From positions 1-64,000 of the forward strand of contig CAXXSM010000100.1 in the NCBI GenBank assembly GCA_963663405.2: 64,000 nt of DNA. The letters run 5' to 3'. The notes under the pieces were generated by a model that saw only the letters and a list, made by a program, of their open reading frames with translations, was not told where the DNA came from and ran no database searches. Every line of letters starts with the position of its first letter. Position 1 is the first letter of the stretch. Shown in pieces: positions 33,301 to 44,706 of the stretch. The translations under genes were made by a program, and so were the position numbers. The stretch comes from a bacterium. Lineage in GTDB: Bacteria > Hinthialibacterota > Hinthialibacteria > Hinthialibacterales > Hinthialibacteraceae.

Positions 33301-33399
33301 ATTTGTTTCATGGCAATAGCTGATAAATACTCTTATTTTTTTGGGATAATTTTCCATTTTTTTGTTCCAAGACATTTTCCTAGAAATTCTCTTATTCAA
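30321..33399 (-). CDS. DGR target 1: SEFIR/TIR - NACHT NTPase - FGE-sulfatase (CLec fold), split by about 4 frameshifts
   Basis: VFISYCHE..HSELVLSFANQLR..G.DCWIDQY; Walker A GKPGAGKTT, Walker B MDGLDEV, NPLLLTL, FSHLTFHEYLTA; FGE motifs YPVTQAQW, RLPSEAEWEYACRAG, MSGNVREW, RGGSW. Joining the pieces is inference. Confidence 0.8.
30331..30455 (-). repeat. DGR variable repeat VR1
   Basis: Aligns ungapped to TR 33619-33743 with 16 mismatches, all at TR adenines (coding strand). Confidence 0.97.
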
Positions 33400-33618
33400 G
33401 TTTCATCACAAAATAGAGGGCCGCCTAAGCAGGACGTTCGGCCAACACCTACCAGCCCCGCCCAGGCCTTTCAATCTTTGTCCGGCAGCCTCGAACGGCC
33501 CTCATTGTTCGAACGGCTGCGCGATGCGGGAATATACCTATGGACTCCTCTTAGTACGCTCAAGGCATCCGTAAATGACTTGACTCTGACCGTGAGAATA
33601 CCATTCTCACAAGGAGCG

Positions 33619-33743
33619 CGGGAATACACAACTCGCAAACCTATGTTGTTGTTCCTGTTATCTGGGGTCCTGTTGTTCCGGTTCGCCGATCGGCAGTTTT
33701 CTGGATTGTTGTTCCAGGAACCGCCCCGAATCACACGAGCTGC
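33619..33743 (-). ncRNA. DGR template repeat (TR)
   Basis: AAC-rich; conceptual translation [34 protein letters not shown]; matches both VRs except at adenines. Confidence 0.97.
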
Positions 33744-34813
33744 TCTTTCCTGATATATCCCCTTTCTTTACAATTTTTGCGTTTTCGAATAAAGACGTAC
33801 GTAATCCCCATGAATCGGCATGTGAGACATGACCGATCCAACTGACAACCGATTGCGTCACATCAAACAATGCGATTTGCTTCTCACGATATTGAACGCG
33901 CAATTTCTTGAATCTTTTCAAAAACCGGTGGCCATTGCCATTCCGCACTAATACATGACTGGGAAAAACACGATAACCCAGAAAATCAATCCCATCTCTA
34001 ACCGGAACAACATGCGCGCAGTTTTCATGAATGGATAAATGGTTCTGATTCAACAAATAGTCAGAGATTTCGTTTTTGATTTCATACAATCGTTGTTTTG
34101 AATGATGCAGGACAAGCATATCATCCACATAGCGCAGGTAGGCTTTCACTCCCAAGGTCTCTTTCACAAAATGATCGAATGGATTCAGATAGACGTTAGC
34201 AAAAAATTGGCTGGTTAAATTACCGATTGGAATCCCCAAAGGCCCGTCAAAATTCAATAGATAATTCCCACGATCGTCAATCGGGTGAGGCTCACGGTAG
34301 CTGCGCAGTATATGACGTATTAACCATAAGATGGATTGATCGCCGATTTTCCGGGAGAGAATTGAGAATAATAAATCCTGTCGAATACTCTGGAAATACT
34401 TTCGTATATCTATTTTGATGGAGTACGGATAGTGTTGGATCAACGTTTTCAATCGATTCACCGCCGCATGAGTCCCTTTACCTTTACGGCATGCGTAGGA
34501 ATCAGAGATAAACGATCGCTCGAAAATCGGTTCGATGATATTGCAAAAGGGCATGATGAACGATACGATCACGATAGGGAGCGGCGCTGATGGTTCTTTT
34601 CTTCCCTTCATTAATGACAAATTCCCGATACCCTCCATGTTGATACGTCTTTGTCTCTAATTCACGCTGTAACCGTAAGATCTCTCGCTCAAAATTGAGG
34701 TTAAATAGACTCACTTCAAAGCGGAATCGCTTCCCCTTTTGCGCTTTTTTGGACGCCAGCAATAAATTTTGAAAATCCCTTAGTTGGGGATAAAGGTTTT
34801 TATAACGTTTCAT
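33658..34813 (-). CDS. DGR reverse transcriptase (one frameshift near 34550)
   Basis: [44 protein letters not shown] (DGR-type SQ), YLRYVDD and GIDFLGY. Confidence 0.95.
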
Positions 34814-35154
34814 GCTTTCGCCTGCTGCTTGATCCAGCCTCCCAACATAGATCCCACTTCATCTAAAATTTCAGAGATATACTTGTATCGGCGGAGATCA
34901 ACAAATTTAAGATCTTTAGCCAATCTCGCCAAGAAACGGAATTTCTCCAAATCTAAATTCGCGCGTTTCAGTAGAGCAATTTTCGAGCGTGAATACGAAG
35001 CTTCCACCAAAAGATCCAAGATCTCCAACAATACATTTTCCATACGGGAGCCAATCGTATATCGCTTATTTTTGGGGAATTTTTCAATCAAAGGCATCAT
35101 CCAAAGAATGATGTCATACATTTTCTGCACGATAGCGGGGTGATTGCTTTTCAC
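34810..35154 (-). CDS. avd: DGR accessory variability determinant (four-helix bundle)
   Basis: GGAGG RBS plus GTG; [14 protein letters not shown]...[13 protein letters not shown]; ATGA overlap with the RT start. Confidence 0.92.
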   Translation of the reverse strand: MKSNHPAIVQKMYDIILWMMPLIEKFPKNKRYTIGSRMENVLLEILDLLVEASYSRSKIALLKRANLDLEKFRFLARLAKDLKFVDLRRYKYISEILDEVGSMLGGWIKQQAKA

Positions 35155-35270
35155 GTGAATCCTCCAATTTAAAAAATATTCGCGAGCTGCGCTAACGCGC
35201 AGCAAAAAGACAAAAGCAAAAAGTATAAAGAGTCAAAGTGCAAAGGGTAAAAGCGATACAGCAAAAAGCG

Positions 35271-36507
35271 CTAATAAGTCCGGGAATACACAACTCGCAA
35301 ACCTAAGTAGTTGACCCAGCTAACTGGGGACCTGAAGAACCGGAACGCCGATCGGCAGCAGTCTGGATTGTAGTACCAGGAACCGCCCCGAATCACACGA
35401 GCGCCTCTACGGGGTGAATCAATCCAAGCGGAACCATCTTGAGGCGCCCCTTCAAAATTCTCATGCCAATCATCCTCACACCATTCCAGCACATTCCCGC
35501 TCATATCATAAAGCCCCCATGAATTCGGTTTCTTTTTCCCCACAGGATGTGTTTTTTGAGAAGAATTTCCAGTAAACCATGCAAACTGATTTATTTCTTT
35601 GATACTCAGGATCATCTCCCCAATAGAACCGCGTGCTTGTACCTGCCCGGCAAGCGTATTCCCATTCCGCTTCGCTTGGAAGACGGAACGTTCCTTGACC
35701 GAGATCATTCAATTTTTTGATGAAATTTTGACAGTCATCCCATGATACGCATTCGACTGGGCGATTTGTGTTTCCCTTAAAATTAGCAGGATTCTTACCT
35801 AAAACCGCTCTCCATTGTTTTTGAGTTATTGGATATTTCCCTAAATAGATATCATGAGGAATAGTCACTTGATGCTGCGGACTTTCATATTCAGATCTAT
35901 CTTTTTCTTTTTCCGGACTTCCCATCATGAAGGAACCTGCAGGAATTTTGCACAATAATAGAGGAACAGATTTACCTGTTGAACTGGGGATTTTAAATTC
36001 GATCTCGGAAGATTCATCTATAACTGGTTCGATTGATTTTAAAGGCGGTTCTACTATTGATGTAGTTGTATCCCTTTCAGGAGGTCCTTCTTCATCCGGC
36101 TTGTTTGGTTTGGAAGGTGTTCCGATTAATGATTGAATGGACTTGATAAGGTTATCAAAGTCTGTATTAGGTGTCCCCTTTTTCCAGCCGGTAAGATCAA
36201 CCGTTTTAAGATCTCTGAATCCAAAAGGAGGACGTACTTTTTCAATGAATATTGGCCTTAAAATATTTTTATTTAGACCTTCTCTTGCCTCTTCTTTTAC
36301 CCACTTGGATTTAATAGACGATTCTGACCAAAGCACGATAACACAATGGGTATTGTCAAGTTCAGCGTCGATAAAATCATAGATATTTTCTGCTATCGGG
36401 ACTTCTCGATCCCAAAAAACAGACCACCCCCGCGATTGCAATTCTTCAGCGATAACCTTCGCAATTGCAATATCGTCACTTTTATAGCTAATAAAAATAT
36501 CACTCAT
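35271..36507 (-). CDS. DGR target 2: TIR - linker - FGE-sulfatase (CLec fold), one frameshift near 35600
   Basis: MSDIFISYKSDD...VFWD...VIVLWSESSIKSKWVKEEA TIR; Pro-rich linker; FGE motifs through RGGSW...GLRVV. Confidence 0.9.
35281..35402 (-). repeat. DGR variable repeat VR2
   Basis: Aligns ungapped to TR with 19 mismatches, all at TR adenines. Confidence 0.97.
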
Positions 36508-36978
36508 CCGCTAGCCCTATATATTTGATATAATCATTTCACAATTATCAAACAATATAGACCAACTATGCAAGGTCCATCAAAATCAAAAAAACCAAAA
36601 AATGAGGATGGGCTCTTATTTTCTCATCCACAGCAATTGACAAATTTCTCTAAATACCTAGGGAACATTTATGATAGAACAATGGCATAATTTGCCATTG
36701 TTTTTTTTGTTCGTCTTTCCCAATTTCAAAAGTGATGAATCATTTCATCGCGGCATGATTGATCGCTTCCGTTCTATCCGCTTCGTCTCCTCCGCTTGAC
36801 GCCAGATCTTCCATTCCCTTACTAAGTTCATAAAACGAAACCATTTTCTTCTGAAAAAAATACCATGGAATCCGGATTCCACTATCGTAACTTTTTTTAA
36901 TTCATCCTAAAAAACTATGTTATCATGGAAATTATTTTATAGGATGGATTCCTGGATCATGAAAGGACTATAAAACAA

Positions 36979-39425
36979 TGGTTCTTTCTCGATCTTTTTT
37001 ATATATTCTTTTTACTTGAAATAAAATAATACCATTTTCCGGAGGTTTATTATGATCGTATCCAGGCGATATGCGCTTTGGGGCAATCTCTTTCGAATAA
37101 CCTGTTGTCTTCTTGTCTGGTGTTCCAATGCTGTGGCTTTGTTTGAAACCGATATGCCGTATGCGGAGCGTGTAACGGATGGACGATTTCCGTTCGTAGG
37201 TACGTTTATGGTTTCCAAATGTCGCCAATCTTGGCACCGGCGTTGTAATCTCTCCCCGGCACATTTTGACATGCGCTCATCTGGCGCCATTCGACGAGGG
37301 AATCATTAAAGATTCCTTGTGGTATGAAGAACACGGGGGATCTGCCGACAATGCGCGTGATGGGCGTATTAATTTCTATGGAACCGCTTCGACAGGAGAC
37401 CATCCCAACTATACGACAACGCAGTTCTGGGTGCATCCGGATTACAATCCGGATTTAGGAAATTTGGCAGGATGGGATTTAATGATCATGGTGACAGCGG
37501 AACCGATCGACGATGTCGAGCCGGTTCCAATCATGCCGCGCTTAAACAGCGATCATTTACGCCGTGGATCGTGGGTTCGTCATGTTGGATTCGGTCCGAC
37601 GGAAGGAGGCGCCGCGCATCAGTACAAAAGCACGTTACTCACACGCACACTCAGCGTAGGTTTGAGTTCGCCGACTCTATATACATGGGGAGATGCGGGA
37701 GGCGGCGACTCAGGCAGCCCGGTTTTTCAACGCCGTATGGACGATCATGGACAAATGAGAGAAGTATTAGTCGGTGTATTAACCAATGAGGGAATTCGTT
37801 CGATTTGGATCGATCCAAACGTATACAGTTGGATACGAAGTATTGTTGATCGAATGGATCCAACGCTTCTGCCTGAGGATTACGACGGAGATGGAATTGA
37901 GAATATTTTTGATTCCTGTTTGTTGAAAGCGAGCAGCGAATCTGATTCCGACAGGGATGAAGATGGGGTCGGCGCTTCGTGCGACACGTGCAGTGATTAC
38001 AACGGTGGACAGTTCGACTCGGATGATGATGGAAGGGCAAATGGGTGCGATCCTTGTCCGATTCCGAGTAGTTTCTTCCGGTTTGATCGATTGAATATTC
38101 CCAGTCTTCGCGGGTATTGGACGCAAAGTCCTTTCATGTTGGAATTTTTGGGTGTTGAAAGTGACGGACGCTGGTTGGATGAAGAATTTACTGTGGCTAT
38201 CGATCCTGGAAGTGGTGGGGGATTTTATTCTGGACTCAGTCCTACTTTAACGTTAGATGATGGCCGATACTCTCTTCGAGCGTCGGCTTTTGATGGATGC
38301 GGGAATCTAAGTGAGACACACACGATCGATTTCGGTGTGGATAGCGAACCTCCTACATTATCGTTTAATCATCCCGAAGAGGGCGCCATGATTCCTCGCG
38401 AATCAAATATGACTGTAGAGATCTTCGTTGGAGATATGAGCAGCGGTATCGGTTCCGTTGAATTATGGTTAGACGCGCCCGGAATGGGAGATGAGTTCAA
38501 TCCAGGTATCAAGTTATGCGATTTTCCCGGCCCTTGGTTGATCGGATATGGGAATGTCGATCGTTGCACAGTAAATATGGATTTTCCCTTTGGGACGCAT
38601 ACTCTTTACGCGATCGCAAAAGATGTGGCTGGGAATGAGACGATCGCCCAAAGAGAAATAATGGTATGGTTATCACAACCGGGAGTTATACTTCCAACTC
38701 TTCCACCACTCAATACACCGGAACCGCTTGAATCAGAGCCGACGCCTACTCCGACCGCAACAAATACATCCATACCCAAAACAAATACTCCGGCGCCTGT
38801 GCAGAAAGCAACATTGACTCCAACACCCAAAATATCAGAAGAGTCGATCGTCTATTCGTTTGATCAAGCGACATTGGAGAAAAATGGCTGGAGTGAAATC
38901 CCCGGTGGCTTTATGAAATACGATTCCGGAGATGTGATTGTATCAAAATTACCGGCGAATTCGATCCCTTCTTCCGAGGATAATTTGGGATTGGCGATGA
39001 CTGTTATGGGGGATGAAGTTGCGCTTGTTTATTCAGTCAAGCCATTCGATTCGGATGGAAAACCGGTTTTATTACGCTTAAGCGTGCGCGCGACCGGGCC
39101 TGACGCGACATTAACCTTGGCTTGTTTGAAAGGAGGAATTCAAACGCAAACCGATGGATCGGTCGCCACTCATTCGCCTGCAACCGCGCAGAGTTTCGTT
39201 AAAAATGAACGTACGATCGTCCTCATTTATCAACCCGATGACGAGGAACCAATCAATCCCATAATTCAAGTGGCGGGAATCGGCGCTAAAACGAAAACAA
39301 CAGTATATATTGATCGATTGGAAGCGTATGTCATTGAAAAAAGTGGTTCGTATTTGGGTGAATTATTCTATTCCGATCCATTATTCCACAAGCAAATCCC
39401 CGGAATTCCTAGCATCAGAGAATAA
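36979..39425 (+). CDS. Secreted trypsin-like (S1) protease with TSP3-like Asp repeats, Ig-like domains and Pro/Thr linker (5' end frameshifted, start approximate)
   Basis: LTCAH, WDLMI and GGDSGSP catalytic motifs; DGDGIENIFDSC/DEDGVGASCDTC repeats; AKDVAGN Ig-like strand. Confidence 0.75.
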
Positions 39426-39539
39426 TTTCTCAATCGTTACAGAGACAAAAATCTATCGTAGCAGGAGACTTTGGCTGATCTGATGATGGTCATGCAAAAT
39501 TATATACGAAATAGCGGGATCAAATTTTCTCCCATAATA

Positions 39540-41048
39540 CTAGGGCAACCGGTGGGAAATCTCTTTCATGCGTGGGTAGAGTTCTTTGTATAATTCAAAA
39601 CGTTCGTTGTAGATGTTGTGATTCTCGTTGTTGGGTTCGTATGTTTTTTTGATCTTCGCCAGCTGCGAACCGGTTTCGCCAATAGAAGAATAGACACCTG
39701 TGGCCGCTCCCGCTAGAATGGCGCAACCCAGACACCCCGATTCCGATACGGCGGGCACGGCGATGGGAATTCCCATGATATCCGCTTTGATTTGCAGCCA
39801 GTATTCTGATTTTGCGCCGCCGCCTGTGGCGAGCAGCAAATGAATGGCCCCGCCCGCTTCCCGCAGCAGTTCGGCGCACATCCGCATCTCATAAGTCAAT
39901 CCCTCCAACAGCGCCCGTGTGATTTCTCCCTTGGTTGTGCCCAGCCGCAGTCCGGCGATAACGCCTTTCGTCTGCGTGTCGAAATGAGGCACACCGGATG
40001 TGGTGAAGTGGGGGAGAACTAACAGATTTGTGGGATTGCTCGCTGCTTCTTCGGTGAGAATATCGTATACATCCCGGCCACTTTCTTCAGCCCGCCGTTG
40101 TTCGTCCTGTCCGAATGTATCCCGGTACCAACGAAATAAACTGCCGCCGGTGAAATTGTAAACCAGGGAGATGAATTGGTCTGGGCAGGTATGGTGGTAA
40201 CAACAGATGTTGTTCGACAACATCTGATCGTTCAACAGCAATTCTGTGAACACCGGCGCGATACATTCCACCGTGCCGATCCCATAAGCGGCCACATTCG
40301 GTTTTGTGGCGCCCGCGCCCAGTGTTTGACAGGGTTGATCGTGTCCGCCGGTAACAACTTTCACTCCTCGCGGGAGACCAATCTCATCCGCGATGGAATC
40401 AGGGACAACGCCGATTACGGTTCCGGATGGTTTTGGATCCGGCATCATTGAACGGTCAACGCCGGCGAATTCTAAAAACTCATCACACCAATCATTCTTT
40501 CGTACGTCGAAGAGCATCGTCCGGCCCGCGAGGCTGTAATCAGTTGTGGGCGCCATTCCTAGACGATAAAGGACCAGATCTTCAAAACAGAGAATTGACT
40601 TCGCTTTATGCAGAACCTCTGGTTCATGTTCTTTTAACCACTGCAGCTTCAGCGCAGTAAAACAAGCCGCCAAAGGCTGGCCTGTGGTTTGAAAGATCTT
40701 TTCCCGTCCATATTTTTCTTCCCATTGAGGAACATACGGTTCGGTGCGGGTATCGAAACTGACGATCGCGTTGTAAAGGATCGTTCCTTCCGCGTCCACG
40801 ATCGATACCGCTTCTCCCTGACAGGAAGGGGCCATGGCTGTGATGGGATCATTTTTCGTCTGACTCGCCACGAAACCAATGCAAGTCTTGATATCCTCCC
40901 AAACCCGGTTTCCATCCAATTCCGCCCAACCAGACTGGGGAGAATGCAGCGGATATTCCCGGTAGGCTGAGGTGAGAATCTTTCCCTCTTCATCAAAAGC
41001 GACGGCTTTACAACCAGTCGTGCCAACATCGACGCCTAATAAACTCAC
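39540..41048 (-). CDS. FGGY-family carbohydrate kinase (xylulokinase-like)
   Basis: LGVDVGTTGCKA, GGHDQ and GGGAKS..WLQIKAD. Confidence 0.9.
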   Translation of the reverse strand: MSLLGVDVGTTGCKAVAFDEEGKILTSAYREYPLHSPQSGWAELDGNRVWEDIKTCIGFVASQTKNDPITAMAPSCQGEAVSIVDAEGTILYNAIVSFDTRTEPYVPQWEEKYGREKIFQTTGQPLAACFTALKLQWLKEHEPEVLHKAKSILCFEDLVLYRLGMAPTTDYSLAGRTMLFDVRKNDWCDEFLEFAGVDRSMMPDPKPSGTVIGVVPDSIADEIGLPRGVKVVTGGHDQPCQTLGAGATKPNVAAYGIGTVECIAPVFTELLLNDQMLSNNICCYHHTCPDQFISLVYNFTGGSLFRWYRDTFGQDEQRRAEESGRDVYDILTEEAASNPTNLLVLPHFTTSGVPHFDTQTKGVIAGLRLGTTKGEITRALLEGLTYEMRMCAELLREAGGAIHLLLATGGGAKSEYWLQIKADIMGIPIAVPAVSESGCLGCAILAGAATGVYSSIGETGSQLAKIKKTYEPNNENHNIYNERFELYKELYPRMKEISHRLP

Positions 41049-41696
41049 AGTTGATTTCCTCCCCCATATTTATATGGTTTTCGAGATGTATATAATTTTA
41101 AAGGCGATCTGGTAATCCAAGCAAGTCTTTCCAGTAGAATAAATTCATTATATCGGATTAACAGTGTGTTTTTTTTCATTAAAGATGCGGCGGAAAAAAA
41201 GCCTTATAAGACGAAACGAACATAATACACTGCGTATGGCAAGCCTATCAACGCTACGATAGATGAGTATCAATTTTATGGTTCATCCGGTAAGTGAGTG
41301 CGTAAAGTTAAAATAATTTCTTTCATGCTATACTCCTCTTACATTTGTGGCCTCTCACCACGACGGCCCTATAAGCAAAACTATCGAGTCAAGATTCCGA
41401 TTAATGAGCGGCGGGAGGTTCATCCAGTGCGGGAAACGCTCCAGTCTGAGTTACGAAGACAGGCTAGTCTGGTTATCCCGAACTGGGAGTGAGATTCTAT
41501 TTTTTTCCTGACTTATCCACAGGGATTCGCCGCGAAAAATGCGTTTTTTTCATTCTTTTTTTTTCATTTCTTTTTTTCTCTTTGGAATTATAGGACTATT
41601 GTTTATTGTCTCACGGGGACAAAAAGATACTACACAGCCTTTAAAAGCTGGGTATTTTCTGAATAATTCTGAATATATAAACAAACGGTTACTATT

Positions 41697-42598
41697 TCAT
41701 TCCAATTCGATTGTATACGCGATCATCTGCTCGCCTTGATCCGGGGCTTTCACGGCCCAATTTCCATCGGGACGCAAGACACCGGTCGGCGCGGAGCAAG
41801 GTATATCCGTTGGATGGCAATTATCCGCAGTCACGATCCAGACGTTTCCCGCCTGGGCGCGGATACGCAGATTCGTTTCGTGGAACGGCCAAAAAACAGT
41901 CTTGGACCATTCTCCTCCATTCCGCCCTCCGTTGATCGCGTGAAAAATGATCTTCGCGCCCATATCGGATAATTGCTGGCTGAGATGAGGATCAGGCATC
42001 GGTGTGCAACCGGGATTACCCCATAGGTCATTACAGATCAAACCACCAATGGTAAGCCCATCAAGATTGAACACTCGCAAAGGCCGCGCCGCATAATGGT
42101 TAATTTCCCCGCGAGACGGTTCGGTCATTGAACCACAGCGGAGGATTTTATTATGAAATCCAAGAAAATTCCCTTTGACCATCATAAAATCGAATCTGGT
42201 TGTAACAGCGTTGATCGTCCGGTTCCACGAAACACGTGCCCAGCGCCAAAGCCAATCCCGCTTTAGAAGAGCGTTTTAGAAGTTGCTTTAAACCTTCCTC
42301 AACTTGCGATTGATCAAATTCATGTGTATACCCGCTCAACGATCCTTCGGGTCGTCAACAGAATATCAGCGTTCTCAGCGATCGCCCAATCGATCGAGCG
42401 GGTGATGGTCTTCACATTTTCGGCGATATCCCGCGTAACGGGAATTTGCGCCGCCGCTACCCGGATTGTTTTTCCCGCGCTTTTCTCTTGTTCTTCCATC
42501 GTTTGTTTATTCAATTCTTCCTCTGCATGGATGATTGTACTTTGAAAAAATACTATAACGGCTCCAATGATTATGATAGACAATGTATATTTCATCAT
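41697..42598 (-). CDS. Carbon-nitrogen hydrolase family protein, frameshifted
   Basis: IRVAAAQIPV, FLGFHNK and GGLICNDLW across three ORFs. Confidence 0.8.
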
Positions 42599-42644
42599 TG
42601 TTTTTCTCCTAATAAATACCTAAATGCAGTTTGGAAAATACATT

Positions 42645-44546
42645 TTATAATTCATCATTGTAAGTGACAATCGCAATCTCGTATGTCTCGACCTTAGGAA
42701 TCGTAAATGAAACAATACCGTCTTCAACATGGTAATGCAGCGAACGATCCGTTTCCCTCAATGGATTGGCCAACAGGATGCTCTGTACAGTTTTATTTTT
42801 CGGTAGGCGGATCCGGGCCTGGACATCTGCAACCGGATCAATCGGATGATAATTAACAAGATGGAGAAATCTCCGGCGCCCGCTCTCCGTCAATTCCGCG
42901 CAGAGACCGAACGGCGCTTGAACATCCATCGAAAGCCCCTTGTGACTGGCTTTCTGAATTGCGCTGGTTAAATCACTCGCGCTGTTGATCCACGTCAATT
43001 GACGCAAAGGAACGTCATTAAAAATCTGTTCTTTCCGGGTAGTCATCCATTCATCATAGATTCCAACTGAACCTAACAGGCACAAATGGCCTCCCTCTTG
43101 GACAAATTTCGTGATCTGATGGATATGCGAATCAGAGAGAGCCACGCATCCAGCCAATACAAGAACTCGATAAGGATTGAGATCTTTAAGATGTTGATCA
43201 TATACGATCTGAAATGGGATACGATTTTCAATCAGCGTCTGTTCCGCTTCATTTGTGAGCTGGGAATATTTGTGATCCGCGAATGATTGAGAGGGAAAAC
43301 TGCGCAAGACCGCTACATCCGCGATCACGCGGGTGTCACGAAAAATCTCCCGCCGCGTATGGAAGAATTGGATATAGGGCGCGAGCGCTTCGGAGACGGG
43401 TTGGTCCGACCCCGGTTTCTCCACCATCTTCCCGTATTCAAACCAAACCACACAACCCAGACAATTCAGATTGAAGGCCATCGACTCGGCCATTTCTAAA
43501 GGCGTTGTGCAGTAAGCGAAAGCCATATTGTCCATCCGCCGAGCTGTTTTGTAGGTTCGAATCCGGTTATGTAAAACACCCTCTCGTACACCAGGAGGTC
43601 TTCCTTCATCCCAAAACGCCTCGCCCCCGCCGAGAAGCCTTCCATGATCGATTGGAGAGCGGATGTAGCCGCCTACTCCGCCTGGATTGCATTCCAGAAG
43701 GACATCTTTTCGCAAACTGCGGGCATACGAACCCATTTCATAATACGAATCAGCAAGGGATTGGCAGGAAAAATCATTCCATGCGTAACGTAGAAAGCCA
43801 ATCGGCGCCTCATCTCCTGGTGGTAAAACGGTATTTACATCGTCAATCCCATTGCGTTTTAATGTATCGGTATTGAATCGAGTTCGAAGATAGTTCCGGA
43901 AACGCTGGATCGAATTAGCGTCATGTCCCGGACCCACGGAATAATTATCAAAATGAATCAGATCTGTTTGAATCCTCTCCACTGCGAATTGGACGATATT
44001 ATTCTTATAAAACGCCTGCGCGGCTGGATGATTTCGATTCCAATAATACCGATATGTGGCGCTGCCGTATTGAGCCGGATCGCCATTGGGTTTCAAGACA
44101 ACCCAGTCCTTCGCTTCCGGCGTTTCGGGAAAGAGCAACTCCCACCCAAACGCGCCGCTGTACACATACACACCAACGCGAAGTCCGTTCTCATGGCAGA
44201 GTTTCGAGAATTGGACGGCGTCAGCCATGCTGTCTCGTTCATTTCCTAACCCAAATCCTTTATAGCAGTGCATCATGACGAAATTGACGCCGAGAGATTT
44301 TAATTGTTCCACCATCTCCTGACTGTGTTCGCGCTTGTACGCGGCCCGTTGTTCGGGAGTGGGTTCGTAACCGTCACTTCCATCCCGGCGCACGCGGAAC
44401 AGCAACGGTTCCCAACTGCCCGCCATGACGATTCCGTCTTCATTAAACCAGCCCGGCCGCTGATCGTGGGGAAGAGTCAACGTTTCTCCCACAGCGGACG
44501 AGATGAATCCAAAACAGAATAAAAGAATTACATGAATGAACATAAT
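42645..44546 (-). CDS. Putative glycoside hydrolase-like protein with beta-galactosidase trimerisation-type domain
   Basis: Signal peptide, TIM-barrel-like core (IHFDNY), YRVLVLAGCVALSD and LHLVNY C-terminus. Confidence 0.6.
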   Translation of the reverse strand: MMFIHVILLFCFGFISSAVGETLTLPHDQRPGWFNEDGIVMAGSWEPLLFRVRRDGSDGYEPTPEQRAAYKREHSQEMVEQLKSLGVNFVMMHCYKGFGLGNERDSMADAVQFSKLCHENGLRVGVYVYSGAFGWELLFPETPEAKDWVVLKPNGDPAQYGSATYRYYWNRNHPAAQAFYKNNIVQFAVERIQTDLIHFDNYSVGPGHDANSIQRFRNYLRTRFNTDTLKRNGIDDVNTVLPPGDEAPIGFLRYAWNDFSCQSLADSYYEMGSYARSLRKDVLLECNPGGVGGYIRSPIDHGRLLGGGEAFWDEGRPPGVREGVLHNRIRTYKTARRMDNMAFAYCTTPLEMAESMAFNLNCLGCVVWFEYGKMVEKPGSDQPVSEALAPYIQFFHTRREIFRDTRVIADVAVLRSFPSQSFADHKYSQLTNEAEQTLIENRIPFQIVYDQHLKDLNPYRVLVLAGCVALSDSHIHQITKFVQEGGHLCLLGSVGIYDEWMTTRKEQIFNDVPLRQLTWINSASDLTSAIQKASHKGLSMDVQAPFGLCAELTESGRRRFLHLVNYHPIDPVADVQARIRLPKNKTVQSILLANPLRETDRSLHYHVEDGIVSFTIPKVETYEIAIVTYNDEL

Positions 44547-44706
44547 CAGATCCTTCCTAATGGGGCATTCCATCTAAGAAATGCCATGTTTTTACTAACG
44601 TTCGATTGTGCGATCGCCGGATATCGAAAGGAGCGCTTTATACATCTGTTTTTCTTCCTATGAGAATGCAATCACTGGAATCCAATCCAGCCGCGTGGAC
44701 TCTCGT

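Noticed and set aside
33471-33734. 87-aa ORF resembling an FGE C-terminus
   Set aside because: It is the DGR template repeat read in the VR frame (Asn-rich AAC codons), not a separate gene.
33658-34813. Group II intron or retron RT
   Set aside because: GNLTSQ motif, adjacent avd and TR/VR pairs identify it as a DGR RT.
41250-41500. GC-richer intergenic stretch with RBS and short ORF, possibly an IS-end or ncRNA remnant
   Set aside because: No transposase motif or convincing structure could be established by eye.
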